Shown here: one piece after another, positions 50,983-61,632 of the stretch | Layout of the letters: each line of letters starts with the position of its first letter | How positions within the stretch are numbered: position 1 is the first letter of the stretch | Origin: Giardia intestinalis | Lineage: Eukaryota | Assembly: GCA_000002435.2 (NCBI GenBank) | Contig: CM018789.1 | Length of the DNA: 64,000 nt | Strand: one strand, 5' to 3' | Notes under the pieces: generated by a model | Told to the model about the DNA's origin: nothing | The model's input: the letters and a program-made list of their open reading frames with translations, nothing else | Databases searched by the model: none | Translations under genes and position numbers: made by a program

Positions 50983-51255
50983 ATGTCTCTCGAACTTCAG
51001 ATATCTAAGGTTAAACGGATTACCAAGCTTGCGGCGCCCTCCCATGTAATCAATAAGGACACTATCCGAGCCATTGCATTTGTTGCCCAGCGTGTCACGG
51101 CCCATGCCCTACAGTCGGCTATACAGGAATCGAAGCGGAACAAAAAGAAGATAACCGGATACGAGCATTTAGCTGATGCTGTGATACACGCCCCTGGGTT
51201 GGCCTTCCTTCGTGACACCGTTCCCCATCCCATTCAACTGAATAGGAATGGATAG
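50983..51255 (+). CDS. Histone-fold protein (NF-YC / NC2-alpha / POLE4-like)
   Basis: 90 aa. ISKVKRITKLAAPSHVINKDTIRAIAFVAQRVTAHALQSAIQESKRNKKKITGYEHLADAV matches the histone-fold pattern of NF-YC and DRAP1. Confidence 0.55.
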   Translation: MSLELQISKVKRITKLAAPSHVINKDTIRAIAFVAQRVTAHALQSAIQESKRNKKKITGYEHLADAVIHAPGLAFLRDTVPHPIQLNRNG

Positions 51256-51387
51256 CTCATTCCGGGATGATCCTTAGTTTCTGTGATTTACATCCCACTT
51301 CTCTTCAGGGCGGTTTGTTATCAAGACCATTGACTATCGCAATCTTCTACAGAATCTGTGAACAGAGAGGTCAGGGAGATTTAAAAA

Positions 51388-51795
51388 ATGGAGTACTTTG
51401 ACCATGTAGGTATTTCCTATGACGGGGATAAAGTTAACGACGAGCCCCACGGCTTCGGTCAGATGACCATGCAGGATGGGTCAAGATACACGGGAAACTT
51501 CCTTAGCGGCCAATTTCACGGAGATGGCGAATTGGTCTTTGAGAGCGGAGGCGTAATGGGCAAGATTGTGGGGAGGTGGGACAATGGAGAACTGCAGGAA
51601 CACAAAATTTTCTTCGGAGATAACCTCCAATTTGAAAGTGACAATTGGAACTATTTGATCCCCAGCGATCGTCGATTTCACAACGAAATCACAGGCGCAG
51701 TCCCTGTTGCGGCCTCGCGAACAGAGCCGTCTCAGTTTCCAGACCTTCTCTCTATCGCAGAATACAAAAGGAACCAGTCTGCAGCAGCGCACTAG
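51388..51795 (+). CDS. MORN-repeat protein (135 aa)
   Basis: YxGxxxxGxxHGxG-type repeats (YDGDKVNDEPHGFGQMTMQDGSRYTGNFLSGQFHGDGELVFESGG). Confidence 0.5.
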   Translation: MEYFDHVGISYDGDKVNDEPHGFGQMTMQDGSRYTGNFLSGQFHGDGELVFESGGVMGKIVGRWDNGELQEHKIFFGDNLQFESDNWNYLIPSDRRFHNEITGAVPVAASRTEPSQFPDLLSIAEYKRNQSAAAH

Positions 51796-51960
51796 CCCTC
51801 TGGCTTGTCAGATGAGTGAATCTCTGACCACGCTTCCCGTTTACTTTCTCATGTCTTTCCCTATCATCGCTTCTCCTTATCATCAACAAACTGCCATCTC
51901 TCAGAGAGTTCAAAGGGGATTCTGACTAAATAACCTGATAAGTGGGCGAGTTCGAGGCCC

Positions 51961-53115
51961 CTAGATGCCATCAAATAGATCAAAGTCTGAGTAAGTATCA
52001 ATGTAGCTGTTGGGGCCCGCACTGAACTGATCTGTGTAATACGATAGCTCCATCCTGACATTCTGTGTGCTGTAGTCACTTTCTCTATCAAATGTGTTGG
52101 AGTCGTCGTATGGCACGCTACTGCTAGAATCTCTAATGGGATAGCCAGTGAAGTTTCTAATGGGAAGCCTCTGGACAGCTGACGAAGTAACCGGTGAGGC
52201 GATTCGCTCAGGGCCGCTGAGCATTATCTCTGAAGTTGAATAAAACTGAACCAGTAAGCGTCGTCTTTCGACGAACTCTGGGACCAGCTCTGGGTAGCGT
52301 AGTGATGAAGATACAAGGAACTCATACTTGAGATCTGGTGCAGACAAGATTATGGTGTAGGGCATGAGCCCATACCTAGTGGGATAGGGAAGGCTATACT
52401 GGTCAGAGTTCGTTAGTCGTGGATCCGTATTTGCAAAGATTCTGTTCACGCCCCGGCTGATGTTTGAAACGCTTATAGCTCTGTGTTGTGTGTCATTGAA
52501 CATAGCCTCTTGTATTTTCACTGCTTCCTCCAATTCTGCGCATTGCTTCGTGAGCAAAGCAAGCCTCTCTTTTAGAGTAGCTACGCCAGGCTTTGTGGAC
52601 CTTGCCTTAGGGTAGCGTGGAAGTAACACGGGCTCGTTTGCGGTGTATACACGTGCTAATTCAGACGTGTGGCGACCAGTTTCCCTTATGGGTATGTCTG
52701 TTCGTTTGCCATATTGACTTAAGAATAACGCGTTACAACCGACAAATTCGGAATTTCTACTAGACGAACTGACAAAGCTAAAGGAGCCTAGACGGGGTCC
52801 AGTCCAAATAATGAAAAGCTTAGTGGTCTGGATAACTCCCATTGCCTCCAGCGGACCTGTCACGTCATACAGCCTCCTTTTGTTTGTAATGGTGAGTAGA
52901 TCATCTTTGGCTATGCATACATATCCCTCTCTTGTGCGAGCCGCACTAGTGGAGAGCTCACAGATCAACCTACGGGCAAGTTCGATTGACCTGGTTGTCG
53001 ATTGCTTTTCCTTTAGATCGGGGCAGCTAATGACAGAAGTTGAGCTAGTCGATGTGGCAGAGGTGGAGGGGGTCTGACGCTTCAGCGGAGGGGAGGACGC
53101 TTCGGAGGGAGTCAT
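51961..53115 (-). CDS. E2F/DP-family transcription factor (winged-helix DNA-binding domain plus coiled-coil)
   Basis: SIELARRLICELSTSAARTREGYVCIAKDDLLTITNKRRLYDVTGPLEAMGVIQTTKLFIIWTG aligns with the E2F DNA-binding domain (RRIYDITNVLEGIGLIEK...IQWKG). Followed by a heptad region. Confidence 0.75.
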   Translation of the reverse strand: MTPSEASSPPLKRQTPSTSATSTSSTSVISCPDLKEKQSTTRSIELARRLICELSTSAARTREGYVCIAKDDLLTITNKRRLYDVTGPLEAMGVIQTTKLFIIWTGPRLGSFSFVSSSSRNSEFVGCNALFLSQYGKRTDIPIRETGRHTSELARVYTANEPVLLPRYPKARSTKPGVATLKERLALLTKQCAELEEAVKIQEAMFNDTQHRAISVSNISRGVNRIFANTDPRLTNSDQYSLPYPTRYGLMPYTIILSAPDLKYEFLVSSSLRYPELVPEFVERRRLLVQFYSTSEIMLSGPERIASPVTSSAVQRLPIRNFTGYPIRDSSSSVPYDDSNTFDRESDYSTQNVRMELSYYTDQFSAGPNSYIDTYSDFDLFDGI

Positions 53116-53158
53116 AGAATATACCTATAAAACTTGTATTTTTAAGAAATATCCGGGT

Positions 53159-53500
53159 ATGGAACCTCAACAGACCCCGTGCAGATCTCTTGTTCTTCTA
53201 CCATTTACCCTAGAGACCGAACAAGCAGAGATACCCTTTGATATGGAACGGATTGTTCCTGAAGAATTAAAAGCCCCAGAGGCGATTGCGCGAAATGTTA
53301 ACACTCCGCCAAAGCTTATTTTTCGCGGCCATGAGATGCAGGGATCGCCGTTGGAGCTTCCAACCGACTACGTTATTACTTTTCATAAGGACTCGGGTGC
53401 AGTCACTACCCATGACAGATGTACGATGTTCTTAGAGCCTGGCGACCAACCGCAGCCATCCCCCCGCTCTATTATGGGTTTGTATCAGATGATGCTTTAA
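53159..53500 (+). CDS. Hypothetical small protein (113 aa)
   Basis: ATG-initiated ORF in a 500-bp gap. No domain recognised. Confidence 0.25.
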   Translation: MEPQQTPCRSLVLLPFTLETEQAEIPFDMERIVPEELKAPEAIARNVNTPPKLIFRGHEMQGSPLELPTDYVITFHKDSGAVTTHDRCTMFLEPGDQPQPSPRSIMGLYQMML

Positions 53501-53650
53501 TGAAGTAAATACAAAGCAGTCTTCAACTCATTGATCTGTGACAAAGGCGTCGAGTAACACACCACTTATGTATTATGAGGATAAAGCTTCAATCCTACAT
53601 TCCAACGGCACAAGCGCTGAACGGAGCATTTAAATCCTTTAGAAAAAGCT

Positions 53651-56263
53651 ATGCCCGGTGATCCATCAAAAACGTATGTCCAGAGGTGGATTCAGGATGC
53701 ACTACCGCCTCTGCAGACTGAGAAGATAGCTATAGAAGTAGATAACCTGGGGTATATGGTGGGGACTAAGGGATCACGGATAGGACTAATTAGGCAGAAT
53801 ACTGGGGCGGCTATTCACTATATGGAAGATCCGCCTGGCTCTAAGCGCTTTTATGCAGTTATTAAGGGAACGACAAAGCAACTGGCCGACGCAAAGGCTG
53901 CGATTTACGCAGACGTCTTAGATTACCATCGGTGGGTTAAAAGGGGAAAGGGCAGTCTCTCCGATGCCCTGGGGAACCGCATGTACCCGTATTCTTTAGT
54001 TCTTCGCCTTCCCCCTGGAGGATCTCGATTCTACTCCGGTCCTGGATATCAGTCGTTCTTAGAGCTTTCGATCCGAAAGGACATATTTATCAATGTCAGC
54101 CAGCAAGACGAGTTGACTGTCCGAGCTGCAAGTACTGAAGCACTGATGGAAGCCGTACAAAAGGTCACAGATATTTTGAACACATTTGTTAGTCTTGCTG
54201 CTCCAATCCCCAATTGGACTGTAGGCCGAGTGATCGGACGCAACGGAGAGGCACTGGCCAAGGTATCAGATATTATTCAAATAAGGACAAATTCCCGGTT
54301 GATTTGCTTCATATCCAACACGCATAAGGCTGAAGGACTGGTATCTTATTTTGTGGTGTTGGCAGATAAGAGGGATGCTGTTACCCTAGCCATGCAGATG
54401 GTCTTTTCCAGGATCTCTTCGATTACTATAGAGGCAGGCCTGTTTGTTCCTGTTATGGAGACCGAGAACGTCATCATGCTCCCGATTGACTCCACATCTT
54501 TGTGTAGCTATGGCCTAAAGGCGCCTCTTGCGAAACTTCAAAGCTCTTCAGGCTCTCATAGCAGGAAATATTCATCTATATCGATGGATGGGTCCTTCTC
54601 GCTACCCCCGGAGATGCTGTCGTTACTACCCACAAGCAGCCCTCCTACCCATGCACGGCACTTTTCTACCGTAGAAGGAGATGTAGTGCCTTGCCACGCC
54701 GTGCAAACCACTACTGCCCACCGGCGTCTTAATAGCTCTATCCCATATAGTGTTAGCAATAGCACACAGTCTGATGGCCAACAGTCATTCCTATTCCAGC
54801 TTTCTTTCCCCAACTCCTCAGTAAGTAACACCACAGATCAGGCGCTCAAGTGCAATTTTTGCTGTGCAAAGAGAAGGTCCCTCTTGCCGTGTTCTGATTT
54901 TCTACGCACACCTTACACAGTTGAGAGCCTCCGCGAATCAACAGTGGCCGTTGATAGGAGGTATCTTGTCATGCATGTTCCAGAGCACTGTGACAATATG
55001 CAGGAGTTTTGGCAATCGTCTCTTCTTGCAGCCCTGGCAACGGTTGGGCGCGAATTTTTCTTTATCGAGGACCCTACCACTGCAGTAGACTTTGTCAAGT
55101 CGGCATTTGACTTCACAGTATCCTGTTCTCCAGGACGATGCTACTACGCTTCTCGAACGGACGAGTTATTCGATACTATATATGATATCTCCGAGGGGCT
55201 CTCCTCACGCAGAGTGCGGCTCTGCTTCGACAGTGGCATGGATGACTGTGACTACACCAAGTTGTTTGCATCTTCAAAAACCCACTATGCGTGGTATACA
55301 AAGCAGCTTATGGATGTAAGTATCTCTGACGCATTGCCCAATGGCCTTGCGCAGCACCTATCAGCCATTAGCGGCGTTGGTGGAATGGACAAACACTATA
55401 GCATGTGGCACTCTTTGAACTTTGACTGCTACGTGCAGCCTCCCGGCCGAAAGTCTGCTTTAGAGCATGACTTCTCCATGTCCCTTAGTGACGAAGACAT
55501 ACCGCAATTACAAGATGCTGCTGACGAGCCTGCGGTTAGCGTATCTGGCTTGGGGATATCATATATTTTGCAGTCTAAAACGGGTTATGATATCTTGGTG
55601 AAGATAACCCTTGTTCCTAAGAGCCTTACTCCCTTGGTATCTGCAACCGATGAGACAGATGTGGATGCACTGTGTAGAGGGGACGCACGCTTGATACTCC
55701 TTAGAAAGTATATCAAGAATCTAAAGACTATATCCAGTAATACTGCGTACACAAGTCCTATTACGACCACCAAATGTTACGAAGTGCAATCCGAACCATC
55801 CCAATTCGGAGAGGCTCTTCCCGTCAAAACACATGTCATAACACTCAACTTACCAGACGTCCCACTTGACGTGGCGACACACATAGATCCCACGCCTCTG
55901 TCACTTGAGGATCTGGCCACGGGGGTGGGGTACTCTACAGCGAAGGGCCTCCTCCCACCCAGCCAAGATTCCAAGTTTCCTATGCCGTCCACCGTTCTTA
56001 TCCAGGACCATCCCAATGCTACCCTGAACCGGGTGGTCTTCGCTGGGCTTGGTGACATAGTTGCAACTTCTTCCTACCTCCAAGAGTTACCCCATGTGGC
56101 CAAGCCTAAATTAGTCGTCGACTTCCGACCCTTTGCTGGGTATCGGTGGAGGAGGAAGGGCCTTATTAACAAGGTGGTTAGCTTCACTGGACTGGTATCT
56201 ATTCTTCCGAGCATTGTAAGCAGAGTCAAGGAGGTCTTAAAGACGTTACCAGATCAGGAGTAA
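53651..56263 (+). CDS. KH-domain-containing protein (870 aa)
   Basis: KH GxxG loops: VGTKGSRIGLIRQNTGAAI and VIGRNGEALAKVSDI. Confidence 0.6.
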   Translation: MPGDPSKTYVQRWIQDALPPLQTEKIAIEVDNLGYMVGTKGSRIGLIRQNTGAAIHYMEDPPGSKRFYAVIKGTTKQLADAKAAIYADVLDYHRWVKRGKGSLSDALGNRMYPYSLVLRLPPGGSRFYSGPGYQSFLELSIRKDIFINVSQQDELTVRAASTEALMEAVQKVTDILNTFVSLAAPIPNWTVGRVIGRNGEALAKVSDIIQIRTNSRLICFISNTHKAEGLVSYFVVLADKRDAVTLAMQMVFSRISSITIEAGLFVPVMETENVIMLPIDSTSLCSYGLKAPLAKLQSSSGSHSRKYSSISMDGSFSLPPEMLSLLPTSSPPTHARHFSTVEGDVVPCHAVQTTTAHRRLNSSIPYSVSNSTQSDGQQSFLFQLSFPNSSVSNTTDQALKCNFCCAKRRSLLPCSDFLRTPYTVESLRESTVAVDRRYLVMHVPEHCDNMQEFWQSSLLAALATVGREFFFIEDPTTAVDFVKSAFDFTVSCSPGRCYYASRTDELFDTIYDISEGLSSRRVRLCFDSGMDDCDYTKLFASSKTHYAWYTKQLMDVSISDALPNGLAQHLSAISGVGGMDKHYSMWHSLNFDCYVQPPGRKSALEHDFSMSLSDEDIPQLQDAADEPAVSVSGLGISYILQSKTGYDILVKITLVPKSLTPLVSATDETDVDALCRGDARLILLRKYIKNLKTISSNTAYTSPITTTKCYEVQSEPSQFGEALPVKTHVITLNLPDVPLDVATHIDPTPLSLEDLATGVGYSTAKGLLPPSQDSKFPMPSTVLIQDHPNATLNRVVFAGLGDIVATSSYLQELPHVAKPKLVVDFRPFAGYRWRRKGLINKVVSFTGLVSILPSIVSRVKEVLKTLPDQE

Positions 56264-56306
56264 AAGATCAGAAGTGAATAAAAATTAAAACTGCCTGAGC
56301 TGTGCG

Positions 56307-59300
56307 ATGACCACGTTTGTGAGTACCTTTCTTCCGGTGGGGGATCGTTTGAGCGACCCGGATTACGCTGATAACGCAGTCCAGACAGTACTGTATTTCC
56401 CCAAGCTGGCAATTTTTGCTGAGACAACAACGATCTATTCTACCTCATACAAGCCCAACGATTCCCATGGGCCCATTGGACTTACGTACCTGAATGAAAG
56501 TGTTAATAACGGCATCATCTTATCCGTTTCAAAGCGGAGCGCGTCCTCATTTCTCTGCCTATCTGCTATTGTAAAGGATAGTGACCCTGACAGTCTCTCT
56601 GCTCTCAAATTCCTCCAGCATAGGATCAGTGTGAGGCGTGATGTTGGTAATCCAGACGTCTCAGCAGATTTACACACTCTGGAATATCTTCTAATCCATA
56701 ACAAGATGTACACCACCTACACGGTGTACAGTGTGACTGATGCTCAGTGCGAATTAAAGTACGTTGCCCCCACGTCAGTACCCTTGATTGGAGCCATCGC
56801 TGTGGAGGGGACGCCATTTATTGCTGCCACTGGTGTTTCAAAAGACGGCTATAACTTTACATTTGATTGTCTTCTTGATGAGGATAATGGGGGGAAGCTT
56901 ATCCCTGTGCGCACCGTTAAACAGAAAACAGGAGACGTCACATCCTTCGTTGACACAGCCCTTTACCCCGCCATCAATATGATATCTGACCGCCCCTCTA
57001 CCGCATGTACTACTCCTGCAACGACAGTCAAAGACTTTGTCCATCAGGTTAGCTCTCGTAACACGCGCGCTGCATCTGATGTTCTGTATAAATTTTCTGC
57101 TGTCCACCTAGATTCTAGTACAAAAACTGTGTACTACAGAGAGTACGATTTGAAATCGACTAACTTACGAGTCATACATGCCCCAGGTACAAAGAAGTCG
57201 GATAAGCACAAGGCAGCAGACTCAGTTGATTATAGTGCGACCATAGAAAGCTTCAAGCCAACTGTCCATTATACCAGGACGCTCATTGTTAACTCTGCGG
57301 TGCCCATTGTTCGTATTGCAGCGCTAGTTATGCCGTATACGCAGAACTCGCTTCTCAATGACAAGTACGCCGTTATCACAGACTGCGGTGACCTTCAACT
57401 TTATTCCAGGAGAGAGCAGGCAGACGGTCCTTCTGCTAGCATCAAAGTGTTTTCTAAAAAGCTAAGACGAGCGTTCCTTGTGCCTCTCAGAGATGGAGTT
57501 ATCATGCTCACCTCTTCTACCGGGGAGTCTGCTTTAGTTGGCATAGATGGCAAGTGGAACTCCGACAAAAATATTGAAGAAATGCGGGGCCATCTCTGCA
57601 AAATCTTTATTGATGAGTTCTTAGCAACTAATCCTAATTACGACCAACAGAATTTGAGACACGAGCTGTCGAAGGACCTTCTCCCGCCTATTGACTCCTT
57701 TTCCAAGTCAGTTCAGGTGAAGAAGCACATAGATAAGCTAGCAATAATAACCACCTTCTCGTACAATTCGACTGTCACCTGTGCCTCCACGGCTCCTGAT
57801 CATAAGCTTGTTTGTTTGGGCTTGACATCCCGAAAGTTCATCTTTGTGCCCACAGAGCCGATCAAGAACAGGGCTCTTTTGTCAAGCTATAGAGGTAAGC
57901 TGAGCCGCGAAACTGCTAATAATCTGCAGGGACAGTACACAAAGTATGATGTAGAGGCTGCAGTGAAGGATACTGTCGCGTACTTGGCCAACCGGGGCCT
58001 TAATGGTCAGCAGCTCATGGAGCGTGTTAGCTTTTTCTTCGCATTTTCAAAGGACGTGGGGCACTCAGACTTTTTGCCTGTGCAAGAAAGTGTTCTAGAT
58101 GTTGCAAATCATAACCACGATGCTCCATCAGATACGATTGAAATGCTCTCCATTCTGGCATCTGTCACTAAGGACGAGGTTCTGGGGAAGTCTAGCTTGG
58201 CGGCCTATGACCCTGATCTCGGGAAATCCATGATAAACGACCTCAGGGAGGTGATGCGCAGTACGTTAAGGACGGTCGCCGTCCCCGGTGTCGGATCCAC
58301 GGCGATCCCAGGAGAAGGAGCCCTTCAGGCTTCCGATCATCATCTTCTTGCAGATCAGCTTTCGGACCATACTGGAACACGCTCTAAACGAGTTGAGTTC
58401 CTGGAGCCAACGCTGCGTGGAGCAAAGCTGTCGACTGCAATTAATTTCACTCTTGCGGATCTGAGTGCCATAGAGACAAGAGGATTAACTGAAGCTAACG
58501 GCTCCCACGTTGCTGCACCGATACACTCTGCCAGCGGACTTTATCAGACAGATCGAAATGTGGTGCAAGAACCCCCAGATCACGCTCATCTAGACTCATT
58601 AATAGAGGAGAATTTTAAGAATCATCTTGTTGATGCAACTCGTAACCTTTTAGAGTCGGGCTTCGACTGTCAGAGACTTTTTAACGCCGTCGAGGAAGAC
58701 GTGAAAACTGCCATACTTAGTATGATGAATGTTTCTGACCTGAATGAGGACTCCAGAACTGCGCGACTGGCAGATCTTCCATTGGTGCCTCATCACGCTG
58801 ATGAGCGTGTCACGTCAGGCAGAGACGCAATGTTAGATGAATATCCGGCTGAGCCAGGGGTTAACGTTCCCGTGTCTCTCTTGTCTGCGGCTTGGCTTGG
58901 AGCAATTAGTAATAGTCTAGCTGTTAGGGATACTACGAGACATCCTGTACAGCTTCCTGTGCTTAGCAACCTAGGCGGCGCCAAGTTGTTGCTAACTCAT
59001 TACAAGGAGATCCAGGAAAAGAAATATACTTTAGTACGGAATAAGTTTACTTTGGCGCTAGAGCTACTATTAGCTGATGATCCTCTTTTTTTGGCAGCCT
59101 CCTGCTCCGCCAGGGGGTTGTCTAGCATGAAGAATTCATATTATTTGACAGACTATATTCGCCGGGAGCATGAAGAGATCTCACAGTGCCCATACTGCTC
59201 CGTTTTTTCCATTCGATGCAATCTTTTCCAGCTCTCTTCGCGTGGAGAGACTGTGTGCAGCACAACTGAGCGCTTGCTGTGCGAGATCTTAGATAGCTCA

Positions 59301-60593
59301 CACGAGATAAGGCAGGACTATGCTGTCCGTATTATTGCAGGAATGGAGGCCTTCTTGACAAGAGTATATCAAGAAGATCTTAATACGGCAATGACTGCCC
59401 CCGGGGAGGAACCGCTGGCATCCTTGCAGTATACACAGTTTCCTCAGCGTCTCATTACATTTGTCCCCGATGGAGGGCTGGTGAATAATTTGACTTTCAT
59501 GCAAGACATTGCAGGACCCAGTGGAGCTCCTCAAAAGGTCAGATATGAGCTTATTGGAACCATATCACAGGACTGCTTGGCTGTTTACAAGCTAGATACT
59601 GTCGGTAGATGGTGTATGCTCGAAGGCAGTGATTCTACCGGGCTCACCATCAGTATCAGGCCCAATGACGTAGCAGATAATAGTTTTTATGCCGTATACA
59701 AGCAAGTCAGTGGCTCAGAAGGTGCAGTAGGAGTGCCCCTGGATTCGTTGCACAACATCATGACACTGGCATACGGTACCGACGATACTCTGCGGCCGTC
59801 TGCAGAGATACCGGATTCTGATCTCAATCCGCTCAGCGATTCGTCCTTGAAGAAAGAAATATCTCTTTTAAAATCTCAGTTGGAGTACCGAACAAGGCGT
59901 GAAGAGAGAGCGACAGAAAAGGCACAAGCATTAAGCGCAGAGAACCATGAACTGAAGAAGAAGATTGAGTCACTGAAAGTTGATTTGAAATTCGAAGAAA
60001 TGCTTACAAAAAGCGAACTTCTTCGTCAGCAGAGTGCAGCGGAAAATGCAGAGCAGGACCGCAGGCTAGATGAGCTCTTGCGTCTTCAAACAGAATTGCG
60101 GCAACGTGAAAGCGAGGAGAAGATCTTGATATTAGAGCTCGAGGAGGCTCGCAGGAGAATCGCAGACTTGGTGCATACCCGCGAGACAGCCGACATAGAT
60201 GAATACGATGTAATACTGAAGCATTGCTACACTACCTTGGGTGGAGATGAGGCAGACGTACCTGAAAAGCGCAAGGAGCTCCTGCTGATGTTACAGAAGC
60301 AGTGCATTGCAGTGTCGACAGAGTATGACTTGAATAACCCCTATCGCAAAGGAAGCATGCGGCTATCATATGGTCCAGCAAGGGCCTCACAAATGCGCAT
60401 GTCAAGAAGCAGGGCCGATGCCCGATCCATAGCTCAGAGCTTGGAAGCGTTCCATGTTTCAGACCTTCAAGACAATGAGTTGGGGAACAGAAAGGTAATA
60501 GCGACTACGCTTCTTCCTGTCATTTGTTTCTTTATTGGAATAGCGATCATTGTTATTTTTGCGATGGCATTCAACAGGAACGACGTCGTATGA
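56307..60593 (+). CDS. Large hypothetical protein (1428 aa) with a C-terminal coiled-coil and a terminal tail-anchor TM helix
   Basis: ATG start. Heptads at about 1180-1300. Final TLLPVICFFIGIAIIVIFAMAF followed by a short tail. Confidence 0.6.
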   Translation: MTTFVSTFLPVGDRLSDPDYADNAVQTVLYFPKLAIFAETTTIYSTSYKPNDSHGPIGLTYLNESVNNGIILSVSKRSASSFLCLSAIVKDSDPDSLSALKFLQHRISVRRDVGNPDVSADLHTLEYLLIHNKMYTTYTVYSVTDAQCELKYVAPTSVPLIGAIAVEGTPFIAATGVSKDGYNFTFDCLLDEDNGGKLIPVRTVKQKTGDVTSFVDTALYPAINMISDRPSTACTTPATTVKDFVHQVSSRNTRAASDVLYKFSAVHLDSSTKTVYYREYDLKSTNLRVIHAPGTKKSDKHKAADSVDYSATIESFKPTVHYTRTLIVNSAVPIVRIAALVMPYTQNSLLNDKYAVITDCGDLQLYSRREQADGPSASIKVFSKKLRRAFLVPLRDGVIMLTSSTGESALVGIDGKWNSDKNIEEMRGHLCKIFIDEFLATNPNYDQQNLRHELSKDLLPPIDSFSKSVQVKKHIDKLAIITTFSYNSTVTCASTAPDHKLVCLGLTSRKFIFVPTEPIKNRALLSSYRGKLSRETANNLQGQYTKYDVEAAVKDTVAYLANRGLNGQQLMERVSFFFAFSKDVGHSDFLPVQESVLDVANHNHDAPSDTIEMLSILASVTKDEVLGKSSLAAYDPDLGKSMINDLREVMRSTLRTVAVPGVGSTAIPGEGALQASDHHLLADQLSDHTGTRSKRVEFLEPTLRGAKLSTAINFTLADLSAIETRGLTEANGSHVAAPIHSASGLYQTDRNVVQEPPDHAHLDSLIEENFKNHLVDATRNLLESGFDCQRLFNAVEEDVKTAILSMMNVSDLNEDSRTARLADLPLVPHHADERVTSGRDAMLDEYPAEPGVNVPVSLLSAAWLGAISNSLAVRDTTRHPVQLPVLSNLGGAKLLLTHYKEIQEKKYTLVRNKFTLALELLLADDPLFLAASCSARGLSSMKNSYYLTDYIRREHEEISQCPYCSVFSIRCNLFQLSSRGETVCSTTERLLCEILDSSHEIRQDYAVRIIAGMEAFLTRVYQEDLNTAMTAPGEEPLASLQYTQFPQRLITFVPDGGLVNNLTFMQDIAGPSGAPQKVRYELIGTISQDCLAVYKLDTVGRWCMLEGSDSTGLTISIRPNDVADNSFYAVYKQVSGSEGAVGVPLDSLHNIMTLAYGTDDTLRPSAEIPDSDLNPLSDSSLKKEISLLKSQLEYRTRREERATEKAQALSAENHELKKKIESLKVDLKFEEMLTKSELLRQQSAAENAEQDRRLDELLRLQTELRQRESEEKILILELEEARRRIADLVHTRETADIDEYDVILKHCYTTLGGDEADVPEKRKELLLMLQKQCIAVSTEYDLNNPYRKGSMRLSYGPARASQMRMSRSRADARSIAQSLEAFHVSDLQDNELGNRKVIATTLLPVICFFIGIAIIVIFAMAFNRNDVV

Positions 60594-60616
60594 CAAAAAG
60601 CGGGTTCATCCACAAC

Positions 60617-61399
60617 TCAATCAGTGTCCTCTCCGTTACATATGCCCGGATGCTGAAATTGTGGAGCCTTTATTTGGCGATCCATGCGGTGGAGTGCGAC
60701 AGCCAAAGGATAGATCCTTGCGAATGTTAGTTTTGATCCATGAACTATCCCAATCATGTGTGGGCATAGGGGGTCTGGAAGCCGCTGCAGGGTCTGAGAT
60801 ATATTATGTAATGTATTAGGGGTCAGATCTGCTCTGGGGATGAACAAGAGGAAGTCTGGTGGCCCCGTTTGCAGTGTCTTTCGTGTCACTGGGCGGTTGA
60901 ATGCCTGGAATATATGCCAGACGGCATAGCAGTATCGTTGTAACATTGGTGGAGGGCTGTGGAATGTAACAAAGTGACCCTTAGCGCGCAGATTGGCATA
61001 CCCACGCATAACGGCCGTCATCGCTGGTCCATATTCGAAGTTGATCCGCTCCATAGCAATAGCCAAGACGCGAAACATCTCGTCAGAGAGAAGAAGCTTT
61101 CCCTGTGAGTGTAAATGCATAACTTCGATAGCGGTAAGAAACTGCTTCTGATCAGTGATCCACCCCATGCGATCGGACACCCTGCCGCGGGCTTCTATTA
61201 ACCGAAAGGAATAGGGAATAGTATCTGCTGGGAGCGCAGCGACTCGCATGGAGATGATTTTAAAATGGCCCAACAGGAAGGAAACGATCAGAGCTTTATC
61301 AGGACTAAGAAAGCGCAGGTGGGAGGGATACACTGCCCCATGTTCTTCTTTCCTACTTATAGCATGCCTTCCGAGCCGCCGGGACCTGTTTTGATACAC
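60617..61399 (-). CDS. Hypothetical protein (260-aa ORF; the start is uncertain because the track start is GTG)
   Basis: Globular-looking composition. The competing + strand 116-aa ORF 61265..61615 does start with ATG. Confidence 0.3.
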   Translation of the reverse strand: MYQNRSRRLGRHAISRKEEHGAVYPSHLRFLSPDKALIVSFLLGHFKIISMRVAALPADTIPYSFRLIEARGRVSDRMGWITDQKQFLTAIEVMHLHSQGKLLLSDEMFRVLAIAMERINFEYGPAMTAVMRGYANLRAKGHFVTFHSPPPMLQRYCYAVWHIFQAFNRPVTRKTLQTGPPDFLLFIPRADLTPNTLHNISQTLQRLPDPLCPHMIGIVHGSKLTFARIYPLAVALHRMDRQIKAPQFQHPGICNGEDTD

Positions 61400-61632
61400 C
61401 CAGAGAGAATACTAAGAAATATTGTGTCAATAAATGAAGCCCAATGCGCATCTCTTGTCCGCTTTCCAGTGCGGCTTCCTTCTTCACTCGCAACTGACTT
61501 GAAGGCACTTTCAGGAGGGTTTGGAGCCGGCACTGGCCAGCAGATCCTAAAGAACTTAAACCAAGAAGAGACCACTCTTTTGTTTACGCTAATGGACAAG
61601 CTAGCGAAAAAGTAGGACAACGGGCACACCCT

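Noticed and set aside
61265-61615. 116-aa + strand ORF overlapping the 260-aa minus ORF
   Set aside because: It cannot be decided from sequence alone which of the two is real. The longer ORF is listed at low confidence and this one is noted as the alternative.
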